Part shown: piece after piece, positions 39,731 to 47,690 of the stretch
Numbering within the stretch: the first letter of the stretch is position 1
Layout: each line of letters starts with the position of its first letter
IMG/VR virus record: IMGVR_UViG_3300025387_000015
Location: 12,555 to 76,554 of that record
DNA: 64,000 nucleotides
Strand: one strand, 5' to 3'
Source: a virus
Lineage: Duplodnaviria; Caudoviricetes
The notes under the pieces: model-generated
What the model was told of the DNA's origin: nothing
Seen by the model: only the letters and a program-made list of their open reading frames with translations
Database searches by the model: none
Program-made: the position numbers and the translations under genes

Positions 39731-39754
39731 AGAGGGAGTTAATCTCCCTCTTTT
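39731..39754 (+). terminator. Rho-independent terminator
   Basis: AGAGGGAG-TTAAT-CTCCCTCT followed by TTT. Confidence 0.75.
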
Positions 39755-39758
39755 ACAA

Positions 39759-40184
39759 ATGAAAATATTAATTATTGGATTACCTGGAAGCGGTAAAACA
39801 ACATTTTCCAAAAAACTTTACGAAGAACTAGAAAAAAGAAATATTCTAGTTGCTAGATATAATGGCGATGAAGTTAGAGAATATTATAAAGACTGGGATT
39901 TTTCTTCGGCAGGAAGATTGAGACAACTAGACAGAATGGTCGAAAATGCTGAACTGTGCGAAAGAAATGGCATAGTATCTATTTGTGATTTTATTTGCCC
40001 ATATGAATTATTCAGAGATTATTTTGATGCGAACATAACAATATGGATGGATACCATAAAAGAAAGCAAATACGAAGACACAAATAAGGTATTCGAGGAA
40101 CCTTCTAAATACGATTATCGTATAACAAGTTTCCAACAAATTGATAATTTCGATTTTTTCCCGATAGCTCAGTTGGTAGAGTAG
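39759..40184 (+). CDS. Adenylylsulfate (APS) kinase-like P-loop kinase
   Basis: GLPGSGKTT, NGDEVR, DFSSAGRLRQ, FICPY, FEEP. Confidence 0.75.
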   Translation: MKILIIGLPGSGKTTFSKKLYEELEKRNILVARYNGDEVREYYKDWDFSSAGRLRQLDRMVENAELCERNGIVSICDFICPYELFRDYFDANITIWMDTIKESKYEDTNKVFEEPSKYDYRITSFQQIDNFDFFPIAQLVE

Positions 40185-40233
40185 GTGACTGTTAATCACT
40201 TGGTCCTTGGTTCGAGTCCAAGTCGGGGAGCCA
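40158..40233 (+). tRNA. trnN: tRNA-Asn (GTT), CCA encoded
   Basis: TTCCCGA/TCGGGGA acceptor, AGCTCAGTTGGTAGAG D arm, GTGACTGTTAATCAC anticodon arm, GGTTCGAGTCC T arm, CCA. Confidence 0.95.
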
Positions 40234-40239
40234 TTTAAC

Positions 40240-40268
40240 TTGACAATTACCTCTTTTGATGGTAATAT
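40240..40268 (+). promoter_or_regulatory. sigma70-like promoter TTGACA-N17-TAATAT
   Basis: Consensus -35 with 17-nt spacer. Confidence 0.55.
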
Positions 40269-40337
40269 ATAGTTAAGGTTGATCGCTCAATAGATCCGTG
40301 TGGTCCAAAGGTTAGCCCACTCCTAATGGAGAGAAAT

Positions 40338-40646
40338 ATGAAAAAGAAAGTTATCACATTACTAACAATTCTTGGTATTTCACTTGCCGCTGTCGCTCCT
40401 GCTAATGCTTGGTGGCGTGGTGGTGGATACTATGGTGGATATGGCCGTGGATTCTATGGTGGTTATGGTTATGGTGGATATGGCGCAGCTCTGGGTATTG
40501 GTGCTGGTGCTGCTCTACTTGGTGGTATCATCGGAGGTGCTATTGCTAATGGTGGTGGCTACTATGGTGGTGGTTATTATCCTTATGGCAACTATTATGG
40601 TGGATATGGTTACGGTTATCCTTATGGTGGCTATTACGGGTGGTAA
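40338..40646 (+). CDS. Exported Gly/Tyr-rich protein (BA14K-like low complexity, Rhizobiales style)
   Basis: Signal peptide ending APANA, then GGYYGG repeats and a GAALLGGIIGGAIA segment. Confidence 0.75.
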   Translation: MKKKVITLLTILGISLAAVAPANAWWRGGGYYGGYGRGFYGGYGYGGYGAALGIGAGAALLGGIIGGAIANGGGYYGGGYYPYGNYYGGYGYGYPYGGYYGW

Positions 40647-40647
40647 A

Positions 40648-40971
40648 ATGAAAAATTTGCTATTGACTCTTTTGTGTGTTATTGCTTTTACTTCACAAGC
40701 AAAAGCATTTAATGATGACTTCTTCAACTTCGGGGACGCTCAGTACAATATATACAATGATAATCGTCGTGTTACGCAAAAGAAAACAGTAGTAAAGAAT
40801 TATTATAACACAATAGTAAAGGAAGTGCCAGTTCCGGTACCAGTACCTGTGGCACCTCCACCAATTCCTCCTCGTGTCATACTTCCTTCTTGCCGTATGG
40901 TTCCCGCGCAGCCAATATTGGATCCTTATGGAAGAGTTCTGGATTATATGTATATGAGAGTTTGTTATTAA
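40648..40971 (+). CDS. Exported Pro-rich protein
   Basis: Signal peptide ending QAKA; VPVPVPVPVAPPPIPP. Confidence 0.7.
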   Translation: MKNLLLTLLCVIAFTSQAKAFNDDFFNFGDAQYNIYNDNRRVTQKKTVVKNYYNTIVKEVPVPVPVPVAPPPIPPRVILPSCRMVPAQPILDPYGRVLDYMYMRVCY

Positions 40972-41047
40972 GCTGCTGTAGCTCAGCTGGTAGAGCAACT
41001 GATTAGTAATCAGTAGGTCGGGAGTTCAAATCTCTCCAGCAGCACCA
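40972..41047 (+). tRNA. trnT: tRNA-Thr with anticodon AGT (A34), CCA encoded
   Basis: GCTGCTG/CAGCAGC acceptor, ACTGA-TTAGTAA-TCAGT anticodon arm, GGGAG-TTCAAAT-CTCTC T arm, ACCA. Confidence 0.93.
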
Positions 41048-41060
41048 CTAAGGTAATAAT

Positions 41061-41177
41061 ATGAGTAAAGAAATACTTAGAAGACAGGCAATATTCAGAG
41101 TTGTCATGTTCTTTCTTATAACTATCGTAATTGGATTTGTTGCAGGGGATCTACACGTTTTCTCAAGCATGAATTAA
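41061..41177 (+). CDS. 38-aa membrane peptide (not in ORF track)
   Basis: MSKEILRRQAIFRVVMFFLITIVIGFVAGDLHVFSSMN; AAGG SD. Confidence 0.55.
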   Translation: MSKEILRRQAIFRVVMFFLITIVIGFVAGDLHVFSSMN

Positions 41178-41178
41178 A

Positions 41179-41616
41179 ATGATTACTTCTCGTGATGAAA
41201 AATATATGGCATTTACTCGTAGAATAGCCATACAAAACACTAACTCGCAGAACAGAGCAAGACTGGCTGCGAGTTTAGTCATACGTAATGATATTGTTTC
41301 TATTGGTCAAAATTCTATCAAATCACATCCTCTTCAAAAGAAGTTTGCTAAAAACATTGAAGCTATTTTTAAACATGCAGAAGTAGATTGCATAATTAAT
41401 GCATTGAGGCACGTAGACGCCGAACAGTTATCAAAAGCAACCCTATATATACATAGAGTAAAAAAACAAACAAAAGATTCCGTGGAATGGTCTGATGGAT
41501 TTGCGGAACCTTGTATTGGTTGCAAACAAGCAATTAAACATTTTAATATTAAAAGAGTAATATTTTCTAGCGATGAAAACAAAAGCTATATTGAAATAAA
41601 TAACACGTCCACATGA
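41179..41616 (+). CDS. Zn-dependent cytidine/adenosine deaminase-superfamily protein (dCMP deaminase/TadA fold)
   Basis: HAEVDC, ATLY, EPCIGC, IKRVIFS. Confidence 0.82.
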   Translation: MITSRDEKYMAFTRRIAIQNTNSQNRARLAASLVIRNDIVSIGQNSIKSHPLQKKFAKNIEAIFKHAEVDCIINALRHVDAEQLSKATLYIHRVKKQTKDSVEWSDGFAEPCIGCKQAIKHFNIKRVIFSSDENKSYIEINNTST

Positions 41617-41642
41617 AGTGGTCAAATGATAAGGAGATTATT

Positions 41643-41882
41643 ATGTTAAATGGATATAAGACATATATTGTTGCTACGTTAATCGCAGTTTTTGGTGTTC
41701 TTGCTCAGTACGACTGGAATGGGTTTCTTAACGATCCAAAAGCTGGATGGGTGGCCCTTGCTTCTGCTGTTATTATGGCAATCATGAGATCAATTACGCA
41801 AATCACTACTGTTAAAGAAGCACTATATACTGAACCACCAAAACCAAATACAAAACCAACCCCTACTACTAAGAAGAAATGA
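41643..41882 (+). CDS. Holin-like small membrane protein
   Basis: GYKTYIVA start, two hydrophobic helices, basic C-terminal tail. Confidence 0.55.
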   Translation: MLNGYKTYIVATLIAVFGVLAQYDWNGFLNDPKAGWVALASAVIMAIMRSITQITTVKEALYTEPPKPNTKPTPTTKKK

Positions 41883-41889
41883 GGATTTT

Positions 41890-42213
41890 ATGAAAAAGAT
41901 TATTGTTCTAGTGACCGCAGGTTTTCTCGGTCTATCCGTTGCTGGTTGTTCTTCAACCGGTACTACATCACCAACAGTGGTAACAACCATTTCTGATGTT
42001 CAGGCAGTTGTTTCGAGCGCTTGTGGATTCTTACCAGCAGCAACAACTATCGCTTCAATCATATCAGCAAACCCTGCTGTTGCAACAGCTTCTCAGATTG
42101 CAGGTATTATTTGTCAGGCTGTCTCAAAGAAGTCTGCTTATAGAGGCGCAGCTGCTCCAACTGTGGTAGTTAATGGCCAGACGATCGAAATTAAAGGTCA
42201 TTTTGTAAGATAA
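41890..42213 (+). CDS. Lipoprotein
   Basis: Lipobox LSVAG-C after a hydrophobic signal. Confidence 0.75.
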   Translation: MKKIIVLVTAGFLGLSVAGCSSTGTTSPTVVTTISDVQAVVSSACGFLPAATTIASIISANPAVATASQIAGIICQAVSKKSAYRGAAAPTVVVNGQTIEIKGHFVR

Positions 42214-42219
42214 AAATAT

Positions 42220-42227
42220 TATAAATA
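42220..42227 (+). promoter_or_regulatory. T4-type late promoter TATAAATA
   Basis: Exact consensus. Confidence 0.6.
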
Positions 42228-42237
42228 ATATTAATAT

Positions 42238-42279
42238 GGCTGGTACCTCTGATGCGAATCAAGTACCAGTCTTCTTTTT
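42238..42279 (+). terminator. Hairpin with GCGA tetraloop and T run
   Basis: GGCTGGTAC...TGAT-GCGA-ATCA...GTACCAGTC then TTCTTTTT. Confidence 0.55.
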
Positions 42280-42350
42280 GCCTAAATATAAGGCGAATTT
42301 TGAATTGTCTCTGTTGATCAGATAATGTAAATCCAACAGAGAAAGGAACT

Positions 42351-43067
42351 ATGAAAACAAAGATAAGCCATTTCTTCGGCGACCAAGAAGATTTAGACTT
42401 ACAGCTTGTTAAACTTTCACTTGACTTAGAAAACTCAAAAGAATCAGAAGCTCTAGAAAAAGGCTGGCTGATATACGATAATACCTGGTATACTTGCAGA
42501 TCATCAAGAATTGTTGTTGATGAATATAATTATCAAATAAATTCTTCAAGTTCTAAAAAGAAAATTAAGAATTATTCTTTTGAATACAAAGATAAATTCG
42601 AAATAAACGATTCTGTAATTAAAGTATATAATAGATTTCTAGAGATTAAAAAGTTCAAAAAATTTTATCCATTAGAAAAAGATATGGAAAGAAGTTCCGG
42701 AGTATTTGTTTATAATAAAGAAAATGAATTGGTGGCTTATACTAAGATGGTAAAGTATGATGGTGGTATAGAAAGCCAGTTTACTGTTTGGGATTATTCT
42801 GAACCAAGAGCATCAATTGGTAAATATCTTGTTGATTATGAGATTGATGCAACCATAGCTCTAAATTATAAATATCTTTATATTGGTCCAGTGTATGGCC
42901 TTAATTCTATCTATAAGATGAACTTTGGTGGATTCGAATGGTGGGATGGAGAAAACTGGAAAAAAGATGATCATGAATTATTTAAAATCTTAGAAAGAGA
43001 TTCTAAGATTAATACATTAGAAGAGTTAAGTAATGCATTCATTCAAAATACACAAATATATAAATGA
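42351..43067 (+). CDS. ATE1/Bpt-like aminoacyl-tRNA--protein transferase
   Basis: EALEKGW..WYTCRSSRI; C-terminal WDYSEPRASIGKYLVDYEI..YKYLYIG..IYKMNFGGFEWW matches the ATE_C pattern. Confidence 0.65.
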   Translation: MKTKISHFFGDQEDLDLQLVKLSLDLENSKESEALEKGWLIYDNTWYTCRSSRIVVDEYNYQINSSSSKKKIKNYSFEYKDKFEINDSVIKVYNRFLEIKKFKKFYPLEKDMERSSGVFVYNKENELVAYTKMVKYDGGIESQFTVWDYSEPRASIGKYLVDYEIDATIALNYKYLYIGPVYGLNSIYKMNFGGFEWWDGENWKKDDHELFKILERDSKINTLEELSNAFIQNTQIYK

Positions 43068-43491
43068 TCCTAAGTTTAAGCAACGTATGGAAGAAAAAGT
43101 CAAGATTGATAGAAATCATGATGTACCATACGTTGCTGGATATTCAAAAGATGGTAAGACAATATATATCGACCGTCATCTATTAAAGATGAAAAATGAA
43201 CACGATATTGAGCCATATCTTATTGTTCATGAAAAAACAGAAAAAACATTGATAGATATATTTAAACTAGACTATCAGCATGCGCATTATATTGCCATGG
43301 AACAAGAAAAAGAGGCTGTTAATACAGGTGGCCTAGAGTGGAGTGCGTACGAGAAGCACTATAACAAATTCATTAAAGGTTGTGCTCATGAAAAACTACA
43401 AAAGGTGCCAGCCGACTTAGACATGACACCCTATAAAGACGAGAAAGACTTTCATCTTCTCAGAGATATGGAAAAACAAGAAGTTAAGTAG
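43033..43491 (+). CDS. Hypothetical protein with possible metal-binding VHE..E / HAH motif
   Basis: LIVHEKTE, YQHAHYIA. Confidence 0.55.
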   Translation: MHSFKIHKYINDPKFKQRMEEKVKIDRNHDVPYVAGYSKDGKTIYIDRHLLKMKNEHDIEPYLIVHEKTEKTLIDIFKLDYQHAHYIAMEQEKEAVNTGGLEWSAYEKHYNKFIKGCAHEKLQKVPADLDMTPYKDEKDFHLLRDMEKQEVK

Positions 43492-44143
43492 TAAATATCT
43501 CTATTACCTTTGCAACATAATCAGATCTATTTTTAACAAATAGCTGTGGTTCTTCGTGATCTACAGCTATCATTATTGCTATCTGTGGAATAGCAATCTT
43601 ATAAATCCATTCAAACATCATTGAATATACTGTAGTCTGCAGAAAATAGGATTCAATCCACTCTTCTTTCTTCAGCTTTCTAGAAGTTTTAAAATCAATT
43701 ACAGAAGGTACTCCATCGAACTCTGCGATTAAGTCGCATCTTCCAGCAGTCTTAAGTACAACGGAGTATAGAGGTAGTTCTATACCTAAGATATTATCTA
43801 CGTGCTTATCGAGAAGAGGCTGTAAAGAATTAAAAGAATCAATGCCAGAAGGCATAGAATCTCTAAGGTGGTTCTCTTCGTTTCGAACGTATCGTTCTGC
43901 AAGAGTATGGACTGCTGTTCCTCTTCTCGCAGCTTGAGTAGATATTTTATTAGCTTCTTCGTGTCCAACTTTATTTCTCCACTCAATAAGAGCAGTTTTA
44001 TCTAATTTGTCAGACAGAACAGTTGTTACCGAACGGAATTTACTTCCATCCGGTAACACATAATATCTTTTGCCATCAATATTTTCTGTTGTAATATCGA
44101 TTTCAGGAACTAAGTTATGCTTGAATATCTTTCTGGAAACCAT
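43484..44143 (-). CDS. PD-(D/E)XK exonuclease (Cas4-like fold)
   Basis: SVTTVL, RGTAVH, AGRCDL, IDFKTS, QTTVY. Confidence 0.85.
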   Translation of the reverse strand: MVSRKIFKHNLVPEIDITTENIDGKRYYVLPDGSKFRSVTTVLSDKLDKTALIEWRNKVGHEEANKISTQAARRGTAVHTLAERYVRNEENHLRDSMPSGIDSFNSLQPLLDKHVDNILGIELPLYSVVLKTAGRCDLIAEFDGVPSVIDFKTSRKLKKEEWIESYFLQTTVYSMMFEWIYKIAIPQIAIMIAVDHEEPQLFVKNRSDYVAKVIEIFTT

Positions 44144-44765
44144 CAATCACCGTATACTTCGCATCCATCCGAGCAGTAGTAATAAAGTTACCAGGTTTAT
44201 TCGGATTAGGAGCGATCCACTGTAAAGCAACAGGACCAATTCCTTTTGCTAAGAAATAACGAGCACCAGTAGTTTTAGAACCCCAAGACTGCTGATAAAC
44301 AATCGTCAGAACATCATTGTATTTATCCCCATTGGTAAGGGTCAATTCTTCCATCCAAGATTCCCATATAACAGTTTGAGTTCCCGTTTGGAACGCTGGA
44401 GGATTACAAGATAGTGGGTCCATTTTAGGTCTATTTTGATAGAAACTACCTATGTTTGCCCATTCTCCCCAACCAATACCAGGATTCATTACTACTTTCT
44501 TACGAGCACCAAATAGACCACCTTTTGGGTAGTCGTCTCTCCATTCCATAATACCTTGGCCAGGAGTATATCTCATATACCATGTATCCTGCCACTGCAT
44601 AGCAGCATTATACTCAACATAAAGCATATCCTTCTTATCATCAGAGAGAAGAAAATATGCTACTATATCTGGCATTGAACCATCTACCGCTCTATATGTG
44701 AAAGTGTTAATCTTTCCATAAGAAGGAGATGGCCAGTAAGAAGGAACAAAATAGGTATTTGCCAT
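44115..44765 (-). CDS. Hypothetical protein
   Basis: 216-aa ORF coupled in the operon. Confidence 0.6.
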   Translation of the reverse strand: MANTYFVPSYWPSPSYGKINTFTYRAVDGSMPDIVAYFLLSDDKKDMLYVEYNAAMQWQDTWYMRYTPGQGIMEWRDDYPKGGLFGARKKVVMNPGIGWGEWANIGSFYQNRPKMDPLSCNPPAFQTGTQTVIWESWMEELTLTNGDKYNDVLTIVYQQSWGSKTTGARYFLAKGIGPVALQWIAPNPNKPGNFITTARMDAKYTVIDGFQKDIQA

Positions 44766-45527
44766 TTAGTATCCTAAGTTTTCTACAGTTATAATAAACT
44801 CTTTAACAATATCAGATCTGACAATATCATCATGAGTAAATTCAACCATGGCAAATGATTTCATTCTTTTAATAACTTCAATGAATTTAAGAATATCTTC
44901 TTTTCTATTGTCTTCTCTATAAGTATTTCTAATATCACTCTGACGATAATCACCACAGAATATAATTCTGCAGTTTTTACCAATACGAGTTGCAGTGGCG
45001 TATGCCTCATTCCAAATTAAATTCTGTGTTTCGTCTACGATAACAATACAGTTCTCGAGAGTGATACCACGAATATAAGAAGTAGAAATAAACTCTACTA
45101 TGTTCTTATTCTTCATGTATTCGTATGCATCTCCCCTTCCAAACAACTCAGTAAATATAGCTTGGTAAGGAGCTTCATATACTTTAGTTTTTTCTTTGAG
45201 GTTTCCTGGAAGAAACCCAACATTCTTTGAAGGTTCAGCAGATCTACAAATATATATTTTCTTGTATTCTTCAGAGCCATTCAGAACTTCTTTGAGAGCA
45301 AGATATGTAGATAAAAAAGTCTTACCAGATCCAGCAGATCCAAGGAGCATCAAATGAAGACCTTGATTGTATGCCTGAAATGTAAGTTTTTGGTTATTAG
45401 TTAATGGTTCAATATGTTTAAGTTTAAAATTTACCTTTTCTTGAAAGTTCTCTTTTTGTTGGTTTCCTTGTCGAAGAAGTCTTTTCTCTCTACGAGTTAA
45501 TCTTCTTGTTCTTGATTCTTCGTCCAT
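44766..45527 (-). CDS. phoH: PhoH-family ATPase
   Basis: GSAGSGKT, GFLPG, YIRGITL, IVDETQN, GDYRQSD, DIVRS. Confidence 0.92.
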   Translation of the reverse strand: MDEESRTRRLTRREKRLLRQGNQQKENFQEKVNFKLKHIEPLTNNQKLTFQAYNQGLHLMLLGSAGSGKTFLSTYLALKEVLNGSEEYKKIYICRSAEPSKNVGFLPGNLKEKTKVYEAPYQAIFTELFGRGDAYEYMKNKNIVEFISTSYIRGITLENCIVIVDETQNLIWNEAYATATRIGKNCRIIFCGDYRQSDIRNTYREDNRKEDILKFIEVIKRMKSFAMVEFTHDDIVRSDIVKEFIITVENLGY

Positions 45528-45535
45528 TATTCCTC

Positions 45536-45778
45536 TTAAAAAGTGTTGATAGTGCTCCTCTTGATACCTCTATTTGCATTCTTCTTCATTTGTTTAAGCA
45601 AGTCACGAAAACCTTCATCTGGTTTTGTCATACCCCTGCCAGAAGAAATCATTGGAGCACCATGTACTAGTTGAGTTACATTTGGATTTTCTTCCAAATA
45701 CACATCAAGTGCGGAGATCGTCATGAACTCCTCATACTCTTCGCCAGTATCATTGTTTAAAAACTTATAAGTAGGCAT
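45536..45778 (-). CDS. Small conserved phage protein (FmdB-like N-terminus)
   Basis: MPTYKF..TGEEYEEFM..YLEENP. Confidence 0.6.
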   Translation of the reverse strand: MPTYKFLNNDTGEEYEEFMTISALDVYLEENPNVTQLVHGAPMISSGRGMTKPDEGFRDLLKQMKKNANRGIKRSTINTF

Positions 45779-45981
45779 CAATATTTCCAGTTATTATCTT
45801 CGATATCATAATCATAATCATCTTCTGCTTCGAGCAACTCATCGATGTTTTTGGTACGAAGAGCATGCTCAACTCTTTTTTCTTTTCTCTTTTTTAAGTA
45901 TTCACTTGGAGCATGACGATATTCGTCTTCTTCGTGTGAATAATCATTTTTACGAAATTTCTTAATTGACATTTTGCTCAT
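45778..45981 (-). CDS. Hypothetical protein
   Basis: Charged ORF in the operon. Confidence 0.55.
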   Translation of the reverse strand: MSKMSIKKFRKNDYSHEEDEYRHAPSEYLKKRKEKRVEHALRTKNIDELLEAEDDYDYDIEDNNWKY

Positions 45982-46394
45982 TCTACAATTAACCCCGGAA
46001 GTCCTTCTTTTACATGTTGAAGCGTAATACCATTAAATGGCATCTTCTTATCCTTAATGGCACAAAGAAGTTTAGCGTCATTAGGATCTACTCTTTCGAG
46101 TAACTCAATGAACATAACTTCCCTCTTAGATTGAGGAAGATTGTCATGAAACCCTTTGATAAAATAACGTAGCTTTTCACAGTCTTTGATAAGAACGTGC
46201 TGTTGGTCAACTAATTCGTTTGGTTTATAAGGAGGAGTTCCTGGAGGTAGAAGCCATTCAACTTTAGGATCAAACGCTCCTTGAAGGATAATACGTAAAG
46301 GTAGGCTATCATTATGTCTGATAGCGTTAATCTTATCTTGTGTCTTTTTTAACTTAGTTACTTTTTCTAAAAATTCATACAAACCGATTTGCAT
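45978..46394 (-). CDS. Conserved T4-like hypothetical protein
   Basis: FDPKVEWLLPPGTPPY, REVMFIELLE next to rnh. Confidence 0.65.
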   Translation of the reverse strand: MQIGLYEFLEKVTKLKKTQDKINAIRHNDSLPLRIILQGAFDPKVEWLLPPGTPPYKPNELVDQQHVLIKDCEKLRYFIKGFHDNLPQSKREVMFIELLERVDPNDAKLLCAIKDKKMPFNGITLQHVKEGLPGLIVE

Positions 46395-46404
46395 TTCATT
46401 CTCC

Positions 46405-47265
46405 TTAAAATTCACTGATATATTCAGCTAAGTTTTTCAATTTATTTGCTATAAAATAATTCATTAATTTACTACGGTCACGCCCAGTTTGTTCATTATA
46501 CTGGGTTAATACTTTCTCTTTAATTTCATTTGGAGTATATTGAAGATCTATAAGCTGTCTATTACGGCAGAAATTACGATAAGTCTTTTCATCATAATCT
46601 TTTCCTGGAATACTGTTCAATAATTGTTCCATTCTTTTAGCAGTAAGTGGCTTCTGTCTAGTTCCAACAACAAAGCAATTATCGTCAGATAGAACATTTG
46701 GAACTCCATCGCTAGTATCGCCCTTCATAATGTGCTCGAGTAAGAAACGGTCTGGGTTGTCATGTTTGATCCACTTCTTTCGAGTAGGATCATATTGACT
46801 AACATTAGCGTGCTTATGCAACTGAATAAAATCTTTGTCCCCTGAGAGAATTAGAATCTTCATGCCAGTATTTAGTTCTTGGCCGAATTCAGACACTAAG
46901 CTGGCAATAATATCATCTGCCTCGGCTGATTCAACATCAATGACCCTGTATGGGAAAAACTCCTTGAGTTCGGCACGAATTTTGTTCATGCACTCAAAGA
47001 TTTCTTTCCAGTTGAGTTCTGACTCTGCAATGGCTTTTTTACGATTTGCTTTATAATATGGAAATAACTGTTTGCGCCAGTAATTGGTGTTGTCGCATGC
47101 AATGACAATCTCACCATATTCTGAGCCAAACTTTTGTTTGTATGAACGAATGGCATTAAGCACCATATGCCTTACCATTCCTTCTTCTACTTGGGCATTT
47201 AGATGATTCCCAAGTTGCATCATCAAATTAGATAACATCACCTGATTCAAATCAACGATAATCAC
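46405..47265 (-). CDS. rnh: RNase H / 5'-3' flap exonuclease
   Basis: YYKANR, EADD, SGDKDFIQL, GDTSDGVPN. Confidence 0.92.
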   Translation of the reverse strand: MIIVDLNQVMLSNLMMQLGNHLNAQVEEGMVRHMVLNAIRSYKQKFGSEYGEIVIACDNTNYWRKQLFPYYKANRKKAIAESELNWKEIFECMNKIRAELKEFFPYRVIDVESAEADDIIASLVSEFGQELNTGMKILILSGDKDFIQLHKHANVSQYDPTRKKWIKHDNPDRFLLEHIMKGDTSDGVPNVLSDDNCFVVGTRQKPLTAKRMEQLLNSIPGKDYDEKTYRNFCRNRQLIDLQYTPNEIKEKVLTQYNEQTGRDRSKLMNYFIANKLKNLAEYISEF

Positions 47266-47266
47266 T

Positions 47267-47650
47267 TTATTCCTCGCTTACATCTTCCCTAAGATCAACG
47301 TGCACCTCGTCTGCTATTCTAAGGGCACCTTCTTCGTTTTCATCATCTTGGAATACTTCATCGCACAATCTCTGGAAAGGATGATATATTCCGTAATGTT
47401 TACATAGCATAGAACGTATAGATTCTACCAGAAAAGCTCCATCCATAACATCATCCTCTAAATCTTCTTCGTCAGGATAAAATCCTGCAATTTCTAATTG
47501 AGTAAAGATTAAAGGAATAAGATTAGTAATAGTTTCTTGAATGTGATATAGATTCATCTGTTCGACGTTATGGTTTATCTCGTCGATAGAAATCATCTTT
47601 TGTATGTTTTTATTTTCTCTGGGGAAAACAATTACGTTATTACTAGTCAT
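47267..47650 (-). CDS. Hypothetical acidic protein
   Basis: NNVIVFP N-terminal motif. Confidence 0.6.
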   Translation of the reverse strand: MTSNNVIVFPRENKNIQKMISIDEINHNVEQMNLYHIQETITNLIPLIFTQLEIAGFYPDEEDLEDDVMDGAFLVESIRSMLCKHYGIYHPFQRLCDEVFQDDENEEGALRIADEVHVDLREDVSEE

Positions 47651-47656
47651 AATTTT

Positions 47657-47685
47657 ATTATACCCTACATTATGGGAATTGTCAA
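47657..47685 (-). promoter_or_regulatory. Perfect sigma70 promoter TTGACA-N17-TATAAT
   Basis: + strand ATTATA 47657-62 and TGTCAA 47680-85; ATG 6 nt downstream of the -10. Confidence 0.72.
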
Positions 47686-47690
47686 TCTAT

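Noticed and set aside
39690-39758. Upstream start for the APS-kinase-like ORF
   Set aside because: Spans the previous gene's end and a terminator; the P-loop protein begins at ATG 39759
40372-40647. Long Val/Met-rich N-terminal half of ORF 40372..40971
   Set aside because: Shadow frame of the Gly/Tyr-rich gene; the real start is ATG 40648 with a signal peptide
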